The position numbers and the translations under genes were made by a program. From Candidatus Binatia bacterium (GTDB lineage Bacteria > Desulfobacterota > Binatia > UBA9968 > JAJDTQ01): a DNA stretch of 64,000 nucleotides. The notes under the pieces are model-generated. The model made no database searches and was not told where the DNA came from. It saw nothing but the letters and a program-made list of their open reading frames with translations. The DNA is taken from the NCBI GenBank assembly GCA_963666515.2, contig OY762897.2:3584001-3648000 (forward strand). The letters are read 5' to 3'. Positions 46,746 to 56,806 of this stretch are shown piece by piece (position 1 is the stretch's first letter; each line of letters begins with the position of its first letter).

Positions 46746-48776
46746 TCAGCTCCAGTAGCGCAGCTTGACGATCAGGGCGACGACCACGGCTCCCACCACC
46801 ACGTAGAGGTAGCTGTTGATGTTCCCGGTCTGGACCCTGCGGAAGTTGTTGCCGATCGCGAAGGTCACGTTGGCGACGGCGTTGACCAGCATGTCGACGA
46901 CGTAGTTGTCGAACAGGCCGTTGATCCAGGAGATGATGGTGGTGAGCCTGGCCGATCCGTCCACGATGGTGTCGATGATGTAGCGGTCGAACGCCGCTCC
47001 GACCCGCGCCAGCAGCAGGGTGCCGCCCACGAAGAGGAACTGGTAGACCTCGTCGACGTAGTACTTGTTGTAGAGAACGCGGTACGGGACCCCCTTGGAC
47101 TCGGGCGACTCGTCCCGCGACGGGGTGCGTACGTAGTAGAGGAAATACGCCAGCGCCACGCCCGCGGCCGCGGCGGCGATGGACACGCTCATGACGCCCA
47201 GCTCCTCCGCCACGGAGTGGTGCTCGTGATGCGCATGGATCACGGGATCGAGCCAGCCGTCGATGAGGCTGCCGCCCATGAACGCCGGCAGCCCGACATA
47301 CCCGATGACCACGGAGCCGGCGGCGAGGATCCACAGCGGCCAGGTCATGATCTTCGGCGACTCGTGCAGGTGCTCCTGCACGTGGTGGTCGGCGCGGCAT
47401 TGGCCGAAGAACACCATGAAGAACTGGCGGAACATGTAGAACGCCGTCAGGCCGGCCACGAACACGGCCACGCCCCACAGCACCTGGTTGTGGGTCGCCC
47501 AGGCCTGCCACAGGATGGCGTCCTTGGAGAAGAAGCCGGCCAGGAAGGGCGTTCCGGCGATGGCCAGGACGCCGACGGTGAAGGTCCAGAAGGTCGCCGG
47601 CATCACCTTGCGCAAGCCGCCCATCTGCCGCATGTCCTGCTCTCCCTGCATGGCGTGGATGATGCTGCCGGAGCCCAGGAAGAGGCAGGCCTTGAAGAAC
47701 GCGTGGGTGAGCAGGTGGAAGACGCCGGCGGCGTAGGCCGCCACGCCCATGGCCAGGAACATGTAGCCGAGCTGGCTGATGGTGGAGTAGGCCAGCACCC
47801 GCTTGATGTCGTTCTGGGTGACGGCGATGGTGGCGGCGAAGAACGCCGTGGCGGCGCCGATGGCGGCGATGATCCCCAGGGTCACCGGGGCGGCCGAGAA
47901 CAGCTCGTTCAACCGCGCGATCATGTAGACCCCGGCCGTCACCATGGTGGCGGCGTGGATCAGCGCGCTCACCGGAGTCGGGCCCTGCATGGCGTCGGGG
48001 AGCCAGACGTAGAGCGGGATCTGCGCCGACTTGCCGGTGGCGCCGATGAACAGCAGGATCGTCACCACCGTGACCACCGCGACGCCCCAGATCTCCGCGT
48101 TGGCCAGCAGCCCCACGTTGTGCGCGATGTCGCGGAAGGCCAGGGTCCCCTGGCCCTGCCCGGACAACGTCCAGTAGAGCAGGAAGATGCCCAGCACGAA
48201 GCCGAAGTCGCCGATGCGGTTGACGATGAACGCCTTGTTGCCGGCGCGCGTGTTGGTGTGATCGCCGTACCAGAAGCCGATGAGCGCCCACGAGCACAGC
48301 CCCACGCCCTCCCAGCCCACGAACATGACCAGCAGGTTGTCGCCGGTCACCAGCAGCAGCATGGAGAAGGTGAACAGGTTGAGATAGGCGAAGTAGCGCC
48401 ACATGGAGCGGTCGTCGTGCATGTAGCCGATGGAGTAGAAGTGGATCAGTCCGCCGATGCCGCTCACCACCAGGATCATGATGGCCGACAGGGGGTCCAC
48501 CCAGAAGGCCACGTCCACGCTGAACGACCCCATGGGGATCCAGGTGTAGAACTGGTCGATGAGGAACCGCTCCTTGGCCGGCAGTCCGAGCAGCCTGCCG
48601 TAGGCCCACAGCGAGAACAGGAAGGACAGGGTCACCGGCGCGCACGCGATGACGGCCACCATGCGCTTGCCCATGCGCTCCTGGATGCGGGCGCCCAGCA
48701 GGCCGTTCACCGCCGCGCCCAGCAGCGGGAACAGCACGATCCAACGCAGGAAATCGGTCTGAACGGGGTTATCCAT
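46746..48776 (-). CDS. nuoL: NADH-quinone oxidoreductase subunit L
   Basis: GWEGVG, NRIGD, GKSAQIPLYVWLPDAMQGPTPVSALIHAATMV, THAFFKA. Confidence 0.97.
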   Translation of the reverse strand: MDNPVQTDFLRWIVLFPLLGAAVNGLLGARIQERMGKRMVAVIACAPVTLSFLFSLWAYGRLLGLPAKERFLIDQFYTWIPMGSFSVDVAFWVDPLSAIMILVVSGIGGLIHFYSIGYMHDDRSMWRYFAYLNLFTFSMLLLVTGDNLLVMFVGWEGVGLCSWALIGFWYGDHTNTRAGNKAFIVNRIGDFGFVLGIFLLYWTLSGQGQGTLAFRDIAHNVGLLANAEIWGVAVVTVVTILLFIGATGKSAQIPLYVWLPDAMQGPTPVSALIHAATMVTAGVYMIARLNELFSAAPVTLGIIAAIGAATAFFAATIAVTQNDIKRVLAYSTISQLGYMFLAMGVAAYAAGVFHLLTHAFFKACLFLGSGSIIHAMQGEQDMRQMGGLRKVMPATFWTFTVGVLAIAGTPFLAGFFSKDAILWQAWATHNQVLWGVAVFVAGLTAFYMFRQFFMVFFGQCRADHHVQEHLHESPKIMTWPLWILAAGSVVIGYVGLPAFMGGSLIDGWLDPVIHAHHEHHSVAEELGVMSVSIAAAAAGVALAYFLYYVRTPSRDESPESKGVPYRVLYNKYYVDEVYQFLFVGGTLLLARVGAAFDRYIIDTIVDGSARLTTIISWINGLFDNYVVDMLVNAVANVTFAIGNNFRRVQTGNINSYLYVVVGAVVVALIVKLRYWS

Positions 48777-48791
48777 GGCGACTCGTGAAGG

Positions 48792-49124
48792 CTAGTCCTT
48801 GAGCGTCTCGGTGGCCTCGACGTCGATGGTGGCGAAGAGCTGGTAGATGGCGAGGACGATGGCCAGGCCGATGGCGGCCTCGGAGGCCGCCAGCATGATT
48901 ATGAACACGGTGTAGATCTGCCCGTCCACGGCGCCGGTGCTGAAATGCGAGAAGGCGACGTAGTTCAGCCCGGCGGAATTGAGGATCAACTCGACCCCCA
49001 GGAGGATGCTGATGGCGTTGCGCCGGGTGAGGACGATGTAGATGCCCAGCGCGAACAGGATGCCCGCCACCACCAGGTAGTGCTCCAGCCCGACGTTCGT
49101 CAACGATGCTAGGTATGCAGCCAT
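48792..49124 (-). CDS. nuoK: NADH-quinone oxidoreductase subunit K
   Basis: RRN.I..LLGVELILNS, AASEAAIGLAI. Confidence 0.95.
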   Translation of the reverse strand: MAAYLASLTNVGLEHYLVVAGILFALGIYIVLTRRNAISILLGVELILNSAGLNYVAFSHFSTGAVDGQIYTVFIIMLAASEAAIGLAIVLAIYQLFATIDVEATETLKD

Positions 49125-49149
49125 CTCGCGAAACTCTGTTCCCTGACCT

Positions 49150-49656
49150 CTATTCCTTGATTTCCTTGCGCGACAGCGTGATGGCGCCGATCAGAGCCAC
49201 CAGCAGCACCACCGCGGCGATCTGGAACGGCAGCAGGTAGTCGCCCAGGAAGAGGTTGCCGATGGCCGCGGTGGTGGGCTCGAACGCCACTTCCTTGACC
49301 TTCACCCAGTCGGTCCGGCCGATGGCGTAGACCAGGATGCCCAGGAACACCGCCACCGCCACGAGCCCGGGAATCCGGCCCACCGTGCGGTTGGTGATGT
49401 CGATGTCGCTGATCCGGTGGGTCAGCATCACCGCGAACAGGATCAGCACGAGGATGCCGCCGACGTAGATCAGCACCTGCACCGCGGCCACGAAGTCCGC
49501 GCCCAGGAAGACGTAGAGCCCGGCCACCCCGCCGAAGGTGCCCAGCAGCGAGAAGGCGGAATGCACGATGTTGCGCGAGAACGCCACGATGCAGGCCGAC
49601 CCCACCACCACCAGGGAAACCAGATAGAAGATGAGGACATCTATGGAAATATCCAT
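49150..49656 (-). CDS. nuoJ: NADH-quinone oxidoreductase subunit J
   Basis: RNIVHSA, ADFVAAVQVLIYVGGILVLILFAVML, YLLPF. Confidence 0.95.
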   Translation of the reverse strand: MDISIDVLIFYLVSLVVVGSACIVAFSRNIVHSAFSLLGTFGGVAGLYVFLGADFVAAVQVLIYVGGILVLILFAVMLTHRISDIDITNRTVGRIPGLVAVAVFLGILVYAIGRTDWVKVKEVAFEPTTAAIGNLFLGDYLLPFQIAAVVLLVALIGAITLSRKEIKE

Positions 49657-49774
49657 GATCAATACACCCTTTGAGCGGGGAACCTGTCGGCTCGCACAGG
49701 CCGCGCGCCGCGACGGCGGGGCCGGGAGCCTGTCCGACGAAGAGTCCTGTGAACCTTGACGCGGCCGATGGCCG

Positions 49775-50314
49775 TCAGTTTTCCGGTTCGGCGATCTCGT
49801 CCATGTACGTCTTTCCGATATCCACCTTCTGAATCATCCGGGGTTCCGTCTCCCCGCCCTTTTTCGGCTTGTAAAGAGGCACTTTCTCGGTGATGAAATG
49901 CCGCACCAGACCGGCGGGATTGTTGCAGGCGCCCTCGAACTCCTGCGTGTGACGGATGGACCCCGTGGGGCAGGCCTCCATGCACAGCCCACAATACATG
50001 CACTTGCATATGTCGATGTCAAACAGGGTGAAATCGCGCTGCTTCGTCTCCTGGTTCATCTCGATGCCGATGGCGATGCAGTTGATCGGACAGACCCGCT
50101 CGCAGGCGAGGCAACCCGTGCAGATGTCCATGTCGACCTCGAGGATGCCCCGGTAGCGGAGCGGCAGGGTCGCCTGCACCTGCTGCGCGATGCGGTCGGG
50201 GTACTGGACCGTCGACGGCTTGCGGACGAAGTGGGAGAAGGTGATGGTCATCCCTTCGAAGATGCTCCTCACCGTGTCTCTGACGTTCCGACAGTATTCG
50301 ATGACTCCGTTCAT
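49775..50314 (-). CDS. nuoI: NADH-quinone oxidoreductase subunit I
   Basis: TVQYP, RYRG, CTGCLACERVCP, CMYCGLCMEACP. Confidence 0.95.
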   Translation of the reverse strand: MNGVIEYCRNVRDTVRSIFEGMTITFSHFVRKPSTVQYPDRIAQQVQATLPLRYRGILEVDMDICTGCLACERVCPINCIAIGIEMNQETKQRDFTLFDIDICKCMYCGLCMEACPTGSIRHTQEFEGACNNPAGLVRHFITEKVPLYKPKKGGETEPRMIQKVDIGKTYMDEIAEPEN

Positions 50315-50341
50315 GGGCGTTTCCCCGGCCGGTCCTGAATC

Positions 50342-51547
50342 CTACACGTACGGCTTGAGATAGAGGGTGGGACGCGAGTGCATGATCTGGAAGACCACCC
50401 GCCAGACAAAGTAGAGCGCGATGAGAACCGACACCGCCAACGTGGCCATGGTCAGCGCGGGGTTCCCGTCGGGCCAGATCACCAGCAGCACGATGGTGCC
50501 GAACAGGCAGATGAACGAGATGGGCACCATGTACTTCCAGCACATGGCCATGAGCTGGTCCACCCGCACCCGCGGCAGCGTGCCCCGCACCCACATGGCC
50601 ACGAAGGCCCAGAAGTAGGCCTTGACGAAGAAGACCGCGAACTCCAGCACGCCCTTGAGCAGCGGGTGCTCGGCCATGGTGACGCCGAACAGGGTCGCGG
50701 GTATCTGCCAGCCGCCCAGGAACAGCGTCGCGGCGATGGCGCCGATGACGTACAGGTTGCCCCACTCGGCGAAGAAGAAGAACAGGAAGCGCATGCCGCT
50801 GTACTCGGTGACGTAGCCGGCCACCAACTCGGATTCGGCCTCGGGGATGTCGAACGGCGTGCGGTTCCCCTCGGCCAGCGCCGCGGTGAAGAACAGGAAG
50901 AAGGCCACCAGGGTGAAGGGGTTGTAGAAGATGAACCAGTCCCACGGCGCCCATCCCTGGGCCTTGATGATCCCCTGCATGCTGAGGGTCCCGGACAGGA
51001 AGATCACGGTCAGCACCGCGACCCCCGCGGGTATCTCGTAGCTGACGATCTGCGCGGCCGAGCGCATGCCGCCGAGCAGCGACCACTTGTTGTTGGACGA
51101 CCAGCCCGCCATCAGGATGCCCACCACCACCAGGGAGGTGATGGCCAGGAGGTAGAGGATGCCGATGTTCAAGTCGGCGGGGATCAGCCAGCTCCCGAAG
51201 GGGATGACGACGAAGGCGCCGAGGAAGCCCGAGAAGACGATGTAGGGCGCCAGCAGGAACAGCTTCCGGTCGGCCGACGCCGGGATGATGTCCTCTTTCT
51301 GGATGTTCTTGACCCCGTCCGCCAGCCACTGGAGCACTCCCTGCGGGCCAACCCGGTTGGGACCGACCCGGGACTGCATGCGCGCCCACACGCGCCGCTC
51401 CAGCCAGCTCGTCACGCCGGCAAGCGGCGCCACGAAGAAAGACAGCACGGCGAAGGCCACCGCCACCGCGGCCAGGGCGTAGCCCAGGGCCGCCGGGACG
51501 GTGCCCGGCAACAGCGTCGCGATCAGGTCTTGTACGGTGAAATCCAT
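50342..51547 (-). CDS. nuoH: NADH-quinone oxidoreductase subunit H
   Basis: ERRVWARMQSRVGPN, ADGVK, RSAAQIVSYE, AEGNRTPFDIPEAESELVAG. Confidence 0.97.
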   Translation of the reverse strand: MDFTVQDLIATLLPGTVPAALGYALAAVAVAFAVLSFFVAPLAGVTSWLERRVWARMQSRVGPNRVGPQGVLQWLADGVKNIQKEDIIPASADRKLFLLAPYIVFSGFLGAFVVIPFGSWLIPADLNIGILYLLAITSLVVVGILMAGWSSNNKWSLLGGMRSAAQIVSYEIPAGVAVLTVIFLSGTLSMQGIIKAQGWAPWDWFIFYNPFTLVAFFLFFTAALAEGNRTPFDIPEAESELVAGYVTEYSGMRFLFFFFAEWGNLYVIGAIAATLFLGGWQIPATLFGVTMAEHPLLKGVLEFAVFFVKAYFWAFVAMWVRGTLPRVRVDQLMAMCWKYMVPISFICLFGTIVLLVIWPDGNPALTMATLAVSVLIALYFVWRVVFQIMHSRPTLYLKPYV

Positions 51548-51556
51548 CGCCTCTGC

Positions 51557-52693
51557 CTACCGGTCGATCTCGGGAGCGTCCACGTCCAGGCTCGCGATCA
51601 GTGCGATCAGGTCCGCGACCATGATGCCCGGGCTGATCTTGTCGATGATGCTCATGGCGGTGAACGAGCCTGTGCGGATGCGCACCCGGTAGGGGTATTC
51701 GCTGCCGTCGCTGACCACGTAGTAGCCCATGTCGCCGCGCGGCGCCTCGATGCGCACGTAGGTCTCGCCGGCGGGCGGCTTGAACTTGCGCGCCACCTTG
51801 GCGACAGCCGGGCCGTCGGGCATCTTGTCGAGGCACTGGCGGAGGATCTTGCAGCTCTCCATCAGCTCGCGGATACGGACGTAGTAGCGGTCGTAGGAAT
51901 CGCCCAGGGTGCCCCTCTCGCCGCGCCCCACCGGCACCTCGAAATCCAGGTCGGGGTAGACCGAGTAGGGGATGTCCCGGCGGATGTCCCACTGGACCCC
52001 GGACGCCCGCAGGTTGGGTCCCACCAGGTTGTACTGGAGCGCGTCCTCCTTGGAGATCACCGCGACGTTGGCCAGCCGCTCGATGAAGATCTTGTTGTAC
52101 GACAGGAGCCGGTTGTACTCGTCGACGATGGGCTCGAAGTGGTCCAGGAACGCGGTGATCCGCGCGCACGTCTCCGGCTTGATGTCGTAGCCGACGCCGC
52201 CGATCCGCAGGTAGTTGTAGGTCAGGCGGGCGCCGCAGATCTCCTCCATCAGGTCGTTGATGCTCTCCCGCTCCCGGAGCGCGTGGAGGAAGGGCGTGAT
52301 GGCGCCGATGTCCTGCCCGAAGGTGCCCACCGCGATCAGGTGGCTGGCGACGCGGTTCAGCTCGCAGGCGATGACCCGGCAGTACTCGCCGCGGGGCGGC
52401 ACCTCCACGTTGCCCAGCCGTTCCGCGGCCATGCAGAAGCCCTGGTTGGCGAACATGGCGGCCAGATAGTCGGCCCGGTCGGTGTAGGGCACGTAGCCGT
52501 GCCAGGTGCACTTCTCGCCGATCTTCTCGATGGAGCGGTGCAGGTAGCCGACATCCGGGATGGCCTCGTTGATGACCTCGCCGTCGGTCTTGACCACGAA
52601 CCGCAGCACGCCGTGGGTGCTCGGATGCTGCGGCCCCACGTTCAGCGTCATGTCTTCGGTGTGCAAGCCGGTGCTTTCGGCGACCTCGCTCAT
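51557..52693 (-). CDS. nuoD: NADH-quinone oxidoreductase subunit D
   Basis: [36 protein letters not shown]-terminus. Confidence 0.97.
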   Translation of the reverse strand: MSEVAESTGLHTEDMTLNVGPQHPSTHGVLRFVVKTDGEVINEAIPDVGYLHRSIEKIGEKCTWHGYVPYTDRADYLAAMFANQGFCMAAERLGNVEVPPRGEYCRVIACELNRVASHLIAVGTFGQDIGAITPFLHALRERESINDLMEEICGARLTYNYLRIGGVGYDIKPETCARITAFLDHFEPIVDEYNRLLSYNKIFIERLANVAVISKEDALQYNLVGPNLRASGVQWDIRRDIPYSVYPDLDFEVPVGRGERGTLGDSYDRYYVRIRELMESCKILRQCLDKMPDGPAVAKVARKFKPPAGETYVRIEAPRGDMGYYVVSDGSEYPYRVRIRTGSFTAMSIIDKISPGIMVADLIALIASLDVDAPEIDR

Positions 52694-52737
52694 GGCAACC
52701 TTCCTTCGTCAGCCCGGCCGGTGTCCTGGAAAGGACA

Positions 52738-53244
52738 CTAGCGCATGTTCTCCGGCACCAGCGGCTCGCGCTCGGTGCTGATACCGTCGTACTCTTCCTG
52801 CTCCACGAAGTCCTTGCGCAGGGGATAGCCCACCCAGTCTTCCGGCAGCAGGATCCGGCGCAGGTCCGAGTGCCCTTCGAACACGACGCCGAAGAGGTCG
52901 AACACCTCCCGCTCGAACCAGTTGGCGACCTTCCAGACGTCTTCCACCGTGGCGATGCGCGCCGCGTCCCGGTCGACGTCGGCCTTCATCACGATCTCCT
53001 GCCGGGGCTCGTACGAGTACAGGTGGTAGACCACCTGGATGACGTTCTCCGTCGGGAGGTCCACCGCGGTCAGGTCGGAGAGCACGTCGAACTTCAGCGC
53101 GGCGTCGTCCCGCAGCGCCAAGCAAACCTCCTTGAGGCTGGCCGGATCGACCTTGAAGAAGGGCTCCAGGCCCTGTTCGTCGAGGTCCCCCACGCCGCCG
53201 GGGCAAAGCTCCCTGACGCGCTCGTATATCTCTTTCGCGGTCAT
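52738..53244 (-). CDS. nuoC: NADH-quinone oxidoreductase subunit C
   Basis: LTAVD, ANWFEREVFDLFGV.FEGH.DLRRILL, GYPLRKDF. Confidence 0.96.
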   Translation of the reverse strand: MTAKEIYERVRELCPGGVGDLDEQGLEPFFKVDPASLKEVCLALRDDAALKFDVLSDLTAVDLPTENVIQVVYHLYSYEPRQEIVMKADVDRDAARIATVEDVWKVANWFEREVFDLFGVVFEGHSDLRRILLPEDWVGYPLRKDFVEQEEYDGISTEREPLVPENMR

Positions 53245-53286
53245 GTCGTCGCTACCTCTGCCGGGAAATCCTGCTCGCCGATTCGC

Positions 53287-53664
53287 CTAGTTCTTCACCC
53301 ACTCCAGGTCGCCCTTGCACCAGTCGTAGATGAGGCCCAGGAACACGATGATGGTGAAGACGGCGATGGCGCCGAACGCGAACAGTCCAGCGTCGTTCTG
53401 GAGCCAGTCGCGGAAGACCACGGCCACCGGGAAGATGAAGGCGATCTCCACCTCGAAGATGATGAAGATGAGGGCGATGAAGTAGAACCGGACGTTGAAG
53501 TTCATCCAGGCGCTGCCGGACGCGGGCTCGCCGCACTCGTAGGTGGAGAGCTTCCTGAGCTGGGGATTGGAAGGCCGGAGCAGGCGGCCGATCAACAGGT
53601 TCACCCAGACGAAGGCCGCACCCAACAACGTGAAAACCAGTACGCTGGCGAAGTCGAAAAGCAT
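53287..53664 (-). CDS. nuoA: NADH-quinone oxidoreductase subunit A
   Basis: KLSTYECGE, FYFIALIFIIFEVE, KGDLEW. Confidence 0.96.
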   Translation of the reverse strand: MLFDFASVLVFTLLGAAFVWVNLLIGRLLRPSNPQLRKLSTYECGEPASGSAWMNFNVRFYFIALIFIIFEVEIAFIFPVAVVFRDWLQNDAGLFAFGAIAVFTIIVFLGLIYDWCKGDLEWVKN

Positions 53665-53895
53665 TTTTCCTCGGATAAGATAAAGAAATCAATAACCTTT
53701 TGCAGAGGGGTCACTATATACACAAAAGCCTTTCCCGGTCAACAAACCGGCCCGCGCGCCCCGCGAGCCTCCTTACACTGCCTGACCATTCCTGTTACCT
53801 TGCCAGAAAGCCGAGCCTGGACGAGCGCTGGAGGGACGATGGACCGCCAGTTTCGCGCCCGCGACAACCCGACGAAACAGGAGAGATGAACCGCC

Positions 53896-54888
53896 ATGTC
53901 GAGAGTAAGCATCACCGTCGCCTGCTGGGACTATGACCGCACCCGCCCCTTGCAGGAGGGCCGCGTCCCGGTGGAAGGAGTGGACCTCACCTACCTGCCG
54001 TTCCGCGTGGAGGAGACCTTCTGGCGCATGCTGCGCTACCAGGACTTCGACGCCGCGGAGATGTCCATGGGTTCCTACATGATGTCCCGGGACAAGGGGA
54101 CGCCACGGTTCGTGGCCATCCCCGTGTTCCCCTCCCGCGCCTTCCGGCACTCCGGCATCTACATCCACACCGGCTCCGGCATCAAGGAAGCCGCGGACCT
54201 CAACGGCAAGCGGATCGGCGTCCCCGAGTACCAGATGACCGCGGCCATCTGGCAACGCGGCATCCTGCAACACGAGTACGGCGTCGATCTCGAGAAGGTG
54301 AACTGGTTCACGGGCGGCGAGGAGACCCCCGGCCGGGAGGAAAAACTCCGCCCGGACCTGCCCGAAACCCTCTCCATCACCCCCATCGGCCCCGGGCAGA
54401 CGCTCTCCTCCATGCTGGAGAACGGCGACATCGACGCCCTGATCTCGGCCCACATGCCGTCGCCGTTCGTGCGCCGCTCGCCCAAGGTGGCGCGGCTCTT
54501 CCCGGACTTCCGTTCGGTGGAGGAGGACTACTTCCGCAAGACCGGCATCTTCCCCATCATGCACACCGTGGTGTTCCGGGAGGACGTGTACGAGCGCCAC
54601 CCCTGGGTGGCCCAGAACCTCTACAAGGCCTTCTGCGAGTCCAAGCGGCTCTGCGCCGAGGCCATGTACGAATACTCCGCCCTCAAGTACATGCTGGCCT
54701 GGTCCATCGAGCAGATGGAAAAGGAGAAGGAGGTCCTGGGACCGGATGCCTGGGCCTACGGGCTGGAGCCCAACCGCCACGTCCTGGAGACCCTGGTGGG
54801 CTACGCCCACGAGCAGGGCCTCACCAAGCAGCGGCTGGATGTGGACAGCCTGTTCGCGCCCAGCACGCTCAACGAGTTCAAGGTGTAG
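53896..54888 (+). CDS. 4,5-dihydroxyphthalate decarboxylase-like / PBP2-fold protein (paralog of 15162-16160)
   Basis: ACWDYDRT, IPVFPSRAFRHS, GVPEYQMTA, YFRKTGIFPIMH. Confidence 0.85.
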   Translation: MSRVSITVACWDYDRTRPLQEGRVPVEGVDLTYLPFRVEETFWRMLRYQDFDAAEMSMGSYMMSRDKGTPRFVAIPVFPSRAFRHSGIYIHTGSGIKEAADLNGKRIGVPEYQMTAAIWQRGILQHEYGVDLEKVNWFTGGEETPGREEKLRPDLPETLSITPIGPGQTLSSMLENGDIDALISAHMPSPFVRRSPKVARLFPDFRSVEEDYFRKTGIFPIMHTVVFREDVYERHPWVAQNLYKAFCESKRLCAEAMYEYSALKYMLAWSIEQMEKEKEVLGPDAWAYGLEPNRHVLETLVGYAHEQGLTKQRLDVDSLFAPSTLNEFKV

Positions 54889-54963
54889 AGGTCACTTTCA
54901 AACCCGTCCGTCGCCGACGCCGGCTGCCACTCCGACCGGGCGGGAACCCGTAACGAGGACGCC

Positions 54964-55551
54964 ATGTCCGATCCCGAAAAGCCGGACACCGAAAATCCCG
55001 CCCTGGAGACGAAGGACCCCACCGGAGACCGCAACACCTCCGTTCAGGAGGTGAAATGGTGGATCGACACCGGCATCAAGCAACGGTCCGAGACCGGCGA
55101 GCGAGAGCCCATCGGCGTCATCGAGCGATGGGCCTTCGACCTGCTGAAGGACTACCGCCAGGAACAGGCGCTCAGGAACATCGTCGACATCAACGGCCAG
55201 GTCCTGCGCGAGTTGGGCAACAACGAAGACCGCTGGGTGTACCTCTCCCTGGGCGTCGGCGAATTCCCCCTCAAGCGCCTCAACTACATCAAGGACTCAC
55301 TCAGACTGCCGCGTTACGCCCGCGCCCTCGCCATCGACGCCGGCTACTCCATCCGCGTACTCCTGACCGGCAACCCCCCGGGCGAGAAGGTGCTGGACAT
55401 CAACTTCACAGAAGCCCCGTCGCTGGACTACTGGATCGACGGCGAGCTGATGGAGGAGCAGATGTTCCGCTCCGTCGAAGACGCCCTCAAGCGGCTGCGG
55501 AACTCGGTGCACCGGTACCTGCGGAAAAGCCCGACCGACCCGCCAGTATAG
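54964..55551 (+). CDS. Hypothetical protein
   Basis: GAGG RBS, host-like codon bias, globular-looking 195 aa; no motif recognised. Confidence 0.7.
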   Translation: MSDPEKPDTENPALETKDPTGDRNTSVQEVKWWIDTGIKQRSETGEREPIGVIERWAFDLLKDYRQEQALRNIVDINGQVLRELGNNEDRWVYLSLGVGEFPLKRLNYIKDSLRLPRYARALAIDAGYSIRVLLTGNPPGEKVLDINFTEAPSLDYWIDGELMEEQMFRSVEDALKRLRNSVHRYLRKSPTDPPV

Positions 55552-55888
55552 CGACTTACCACATGGATGATGCGTCGGGTGTGAGAACAAAACGCCGCAG
55601 GGCGTCGAAGGGCCGCTTCCTCGTCCCTCAAGAGATCGGTTGATGCAAACCGTTATGACTTCGGCAGTTAGCCCGAATGGCGCTTGAGTGTCAACGTCCG
55701 TCGCGCATGTGCGGAAACACTTCCCGAACCGCTACGCGGCGTCTGGGTGTCAGTGCAGAAAGCACGAAGTAACAAATCAATGCAGGGGGGTGCATGCACC
55801 GGGGATCATTCACTCGGCCCGCACCGTCGGCGGCTGTGCGGGCGGTCCGCCGTTATCTCCGGGCAGCGGCGACTGCGGACGTGTTTTC

Positions 55889-56806
55889 TCAACGCCGAAC
55901 GAACCTGCGTTCCGGCATTTCAGCGCGCGTACCGAGGACGAGTTCCTTTTCGCGGACTTGTGCGACGAGCGAGTCCCACAGGCTGCGCAACTCACAGAGT
56001 GAGAGTGTGCCATCCTGCGTGAGCCCTTTGGGAGCCTGCCAACTGCCGGGGTTGAAGTATTCGGCCGACAGTTTGTCCGAAAGCTCGATGACTGGCCGCG
56101 CAAAGCTCGATTCACGATCAGCAGGGACAGCGGGAAAGAAGCTGAACATACCATGCACCGGATTATCGGGTGTCGCCCCCCAATAGAGCCGAAGCCGTTC
56201 GGGTGTCGGAGCGCATATCCCTGAACACGATGCCTCCCCGGCGTGATCGAACAATGGGCCGCCGGTCACCTCCAGAAACGTGTCCGGCACCCTGCCTCCC
56301 AGCGTCCCACGTGTATCTCCCGGGTCGTATAAGCAACTGTCCCTGACCACGAACACGGTATCGAGAAACCACCTCCGTTTGCCGTCGATCTTCTTGCCGC
56401 TCCCAAACGCGATCACGGAACCTGGGGCAAGGCGCCTCAGTCCAGGGTTAGCCGACTGACGGCAGTTCGAATAAAGGAAGCAATCGCCGAAGATGAACGG
56501 ATCGGTGTTGTGCAAGCCGCGGTAGTTGCGCTTCGGGACCCAATACGGTTTCCAGAGGTAGCGAGGATGGTGTAGACAGCCCTTCGGGGGATAGAGCTTG
56601 CAAATGATCTCCGATTCCGGCTCCCACTCGCCCCACGCGCGCAGGTCGCCACAATGCTGATCGCCGTCCTCGTCGGTCCATTCACCACGAAATTGCATGA
56701 ACTTCCGCTTGTGGCCGTTCTTCACCCTGTTCCAATCGCACCCGTTGGGGGGTTTTTGCTCGAATCCGGGATGCGGGAACTGAACAAAGCAACGCTTATT
56801 GCCCAT
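55889..56806 (-). CDS. Hypothetical protein with an Nmad2/3-like (PUA-superfamily-like) motif
   Basis: ATG 56806 with a GGAGG RBS, overlapping the upstream gene; FVQFPHPG, WGEWEP, NTDPFIFGDCFLYSNCRQ..LRRLAPGSVIAFGS, LDTVFVV, MFSFFP. Confidence 0.65.
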   Translation of the reverse strand: MGNKRCFVQFPHPGFEQKPPNGCDWNRVKNGHKRKFMQFRGEWTDEDGDQHCGDLRAWGEWEPESEIICKLYPPKGCLHHPRYLWKPYWVPKRNYRGLHNTDPFIFGDCFLYSNCRQSANPGLRRLAPGSVIAFGSGKKIDGKRRWFLDTVFVVRDSCLYDPGDTRGTLGGRVPDTFLEVTGGPLFDHAGEASCSGICAPTPERLRLYWGATPDNPVHGMFSFFPAVPADRESSFARPVIELSDKLSAEYFNPGSWQAPKGLTQDGTLSLCELRSLWDSLVAQVREKELVLGTRAEMPERRFVRR

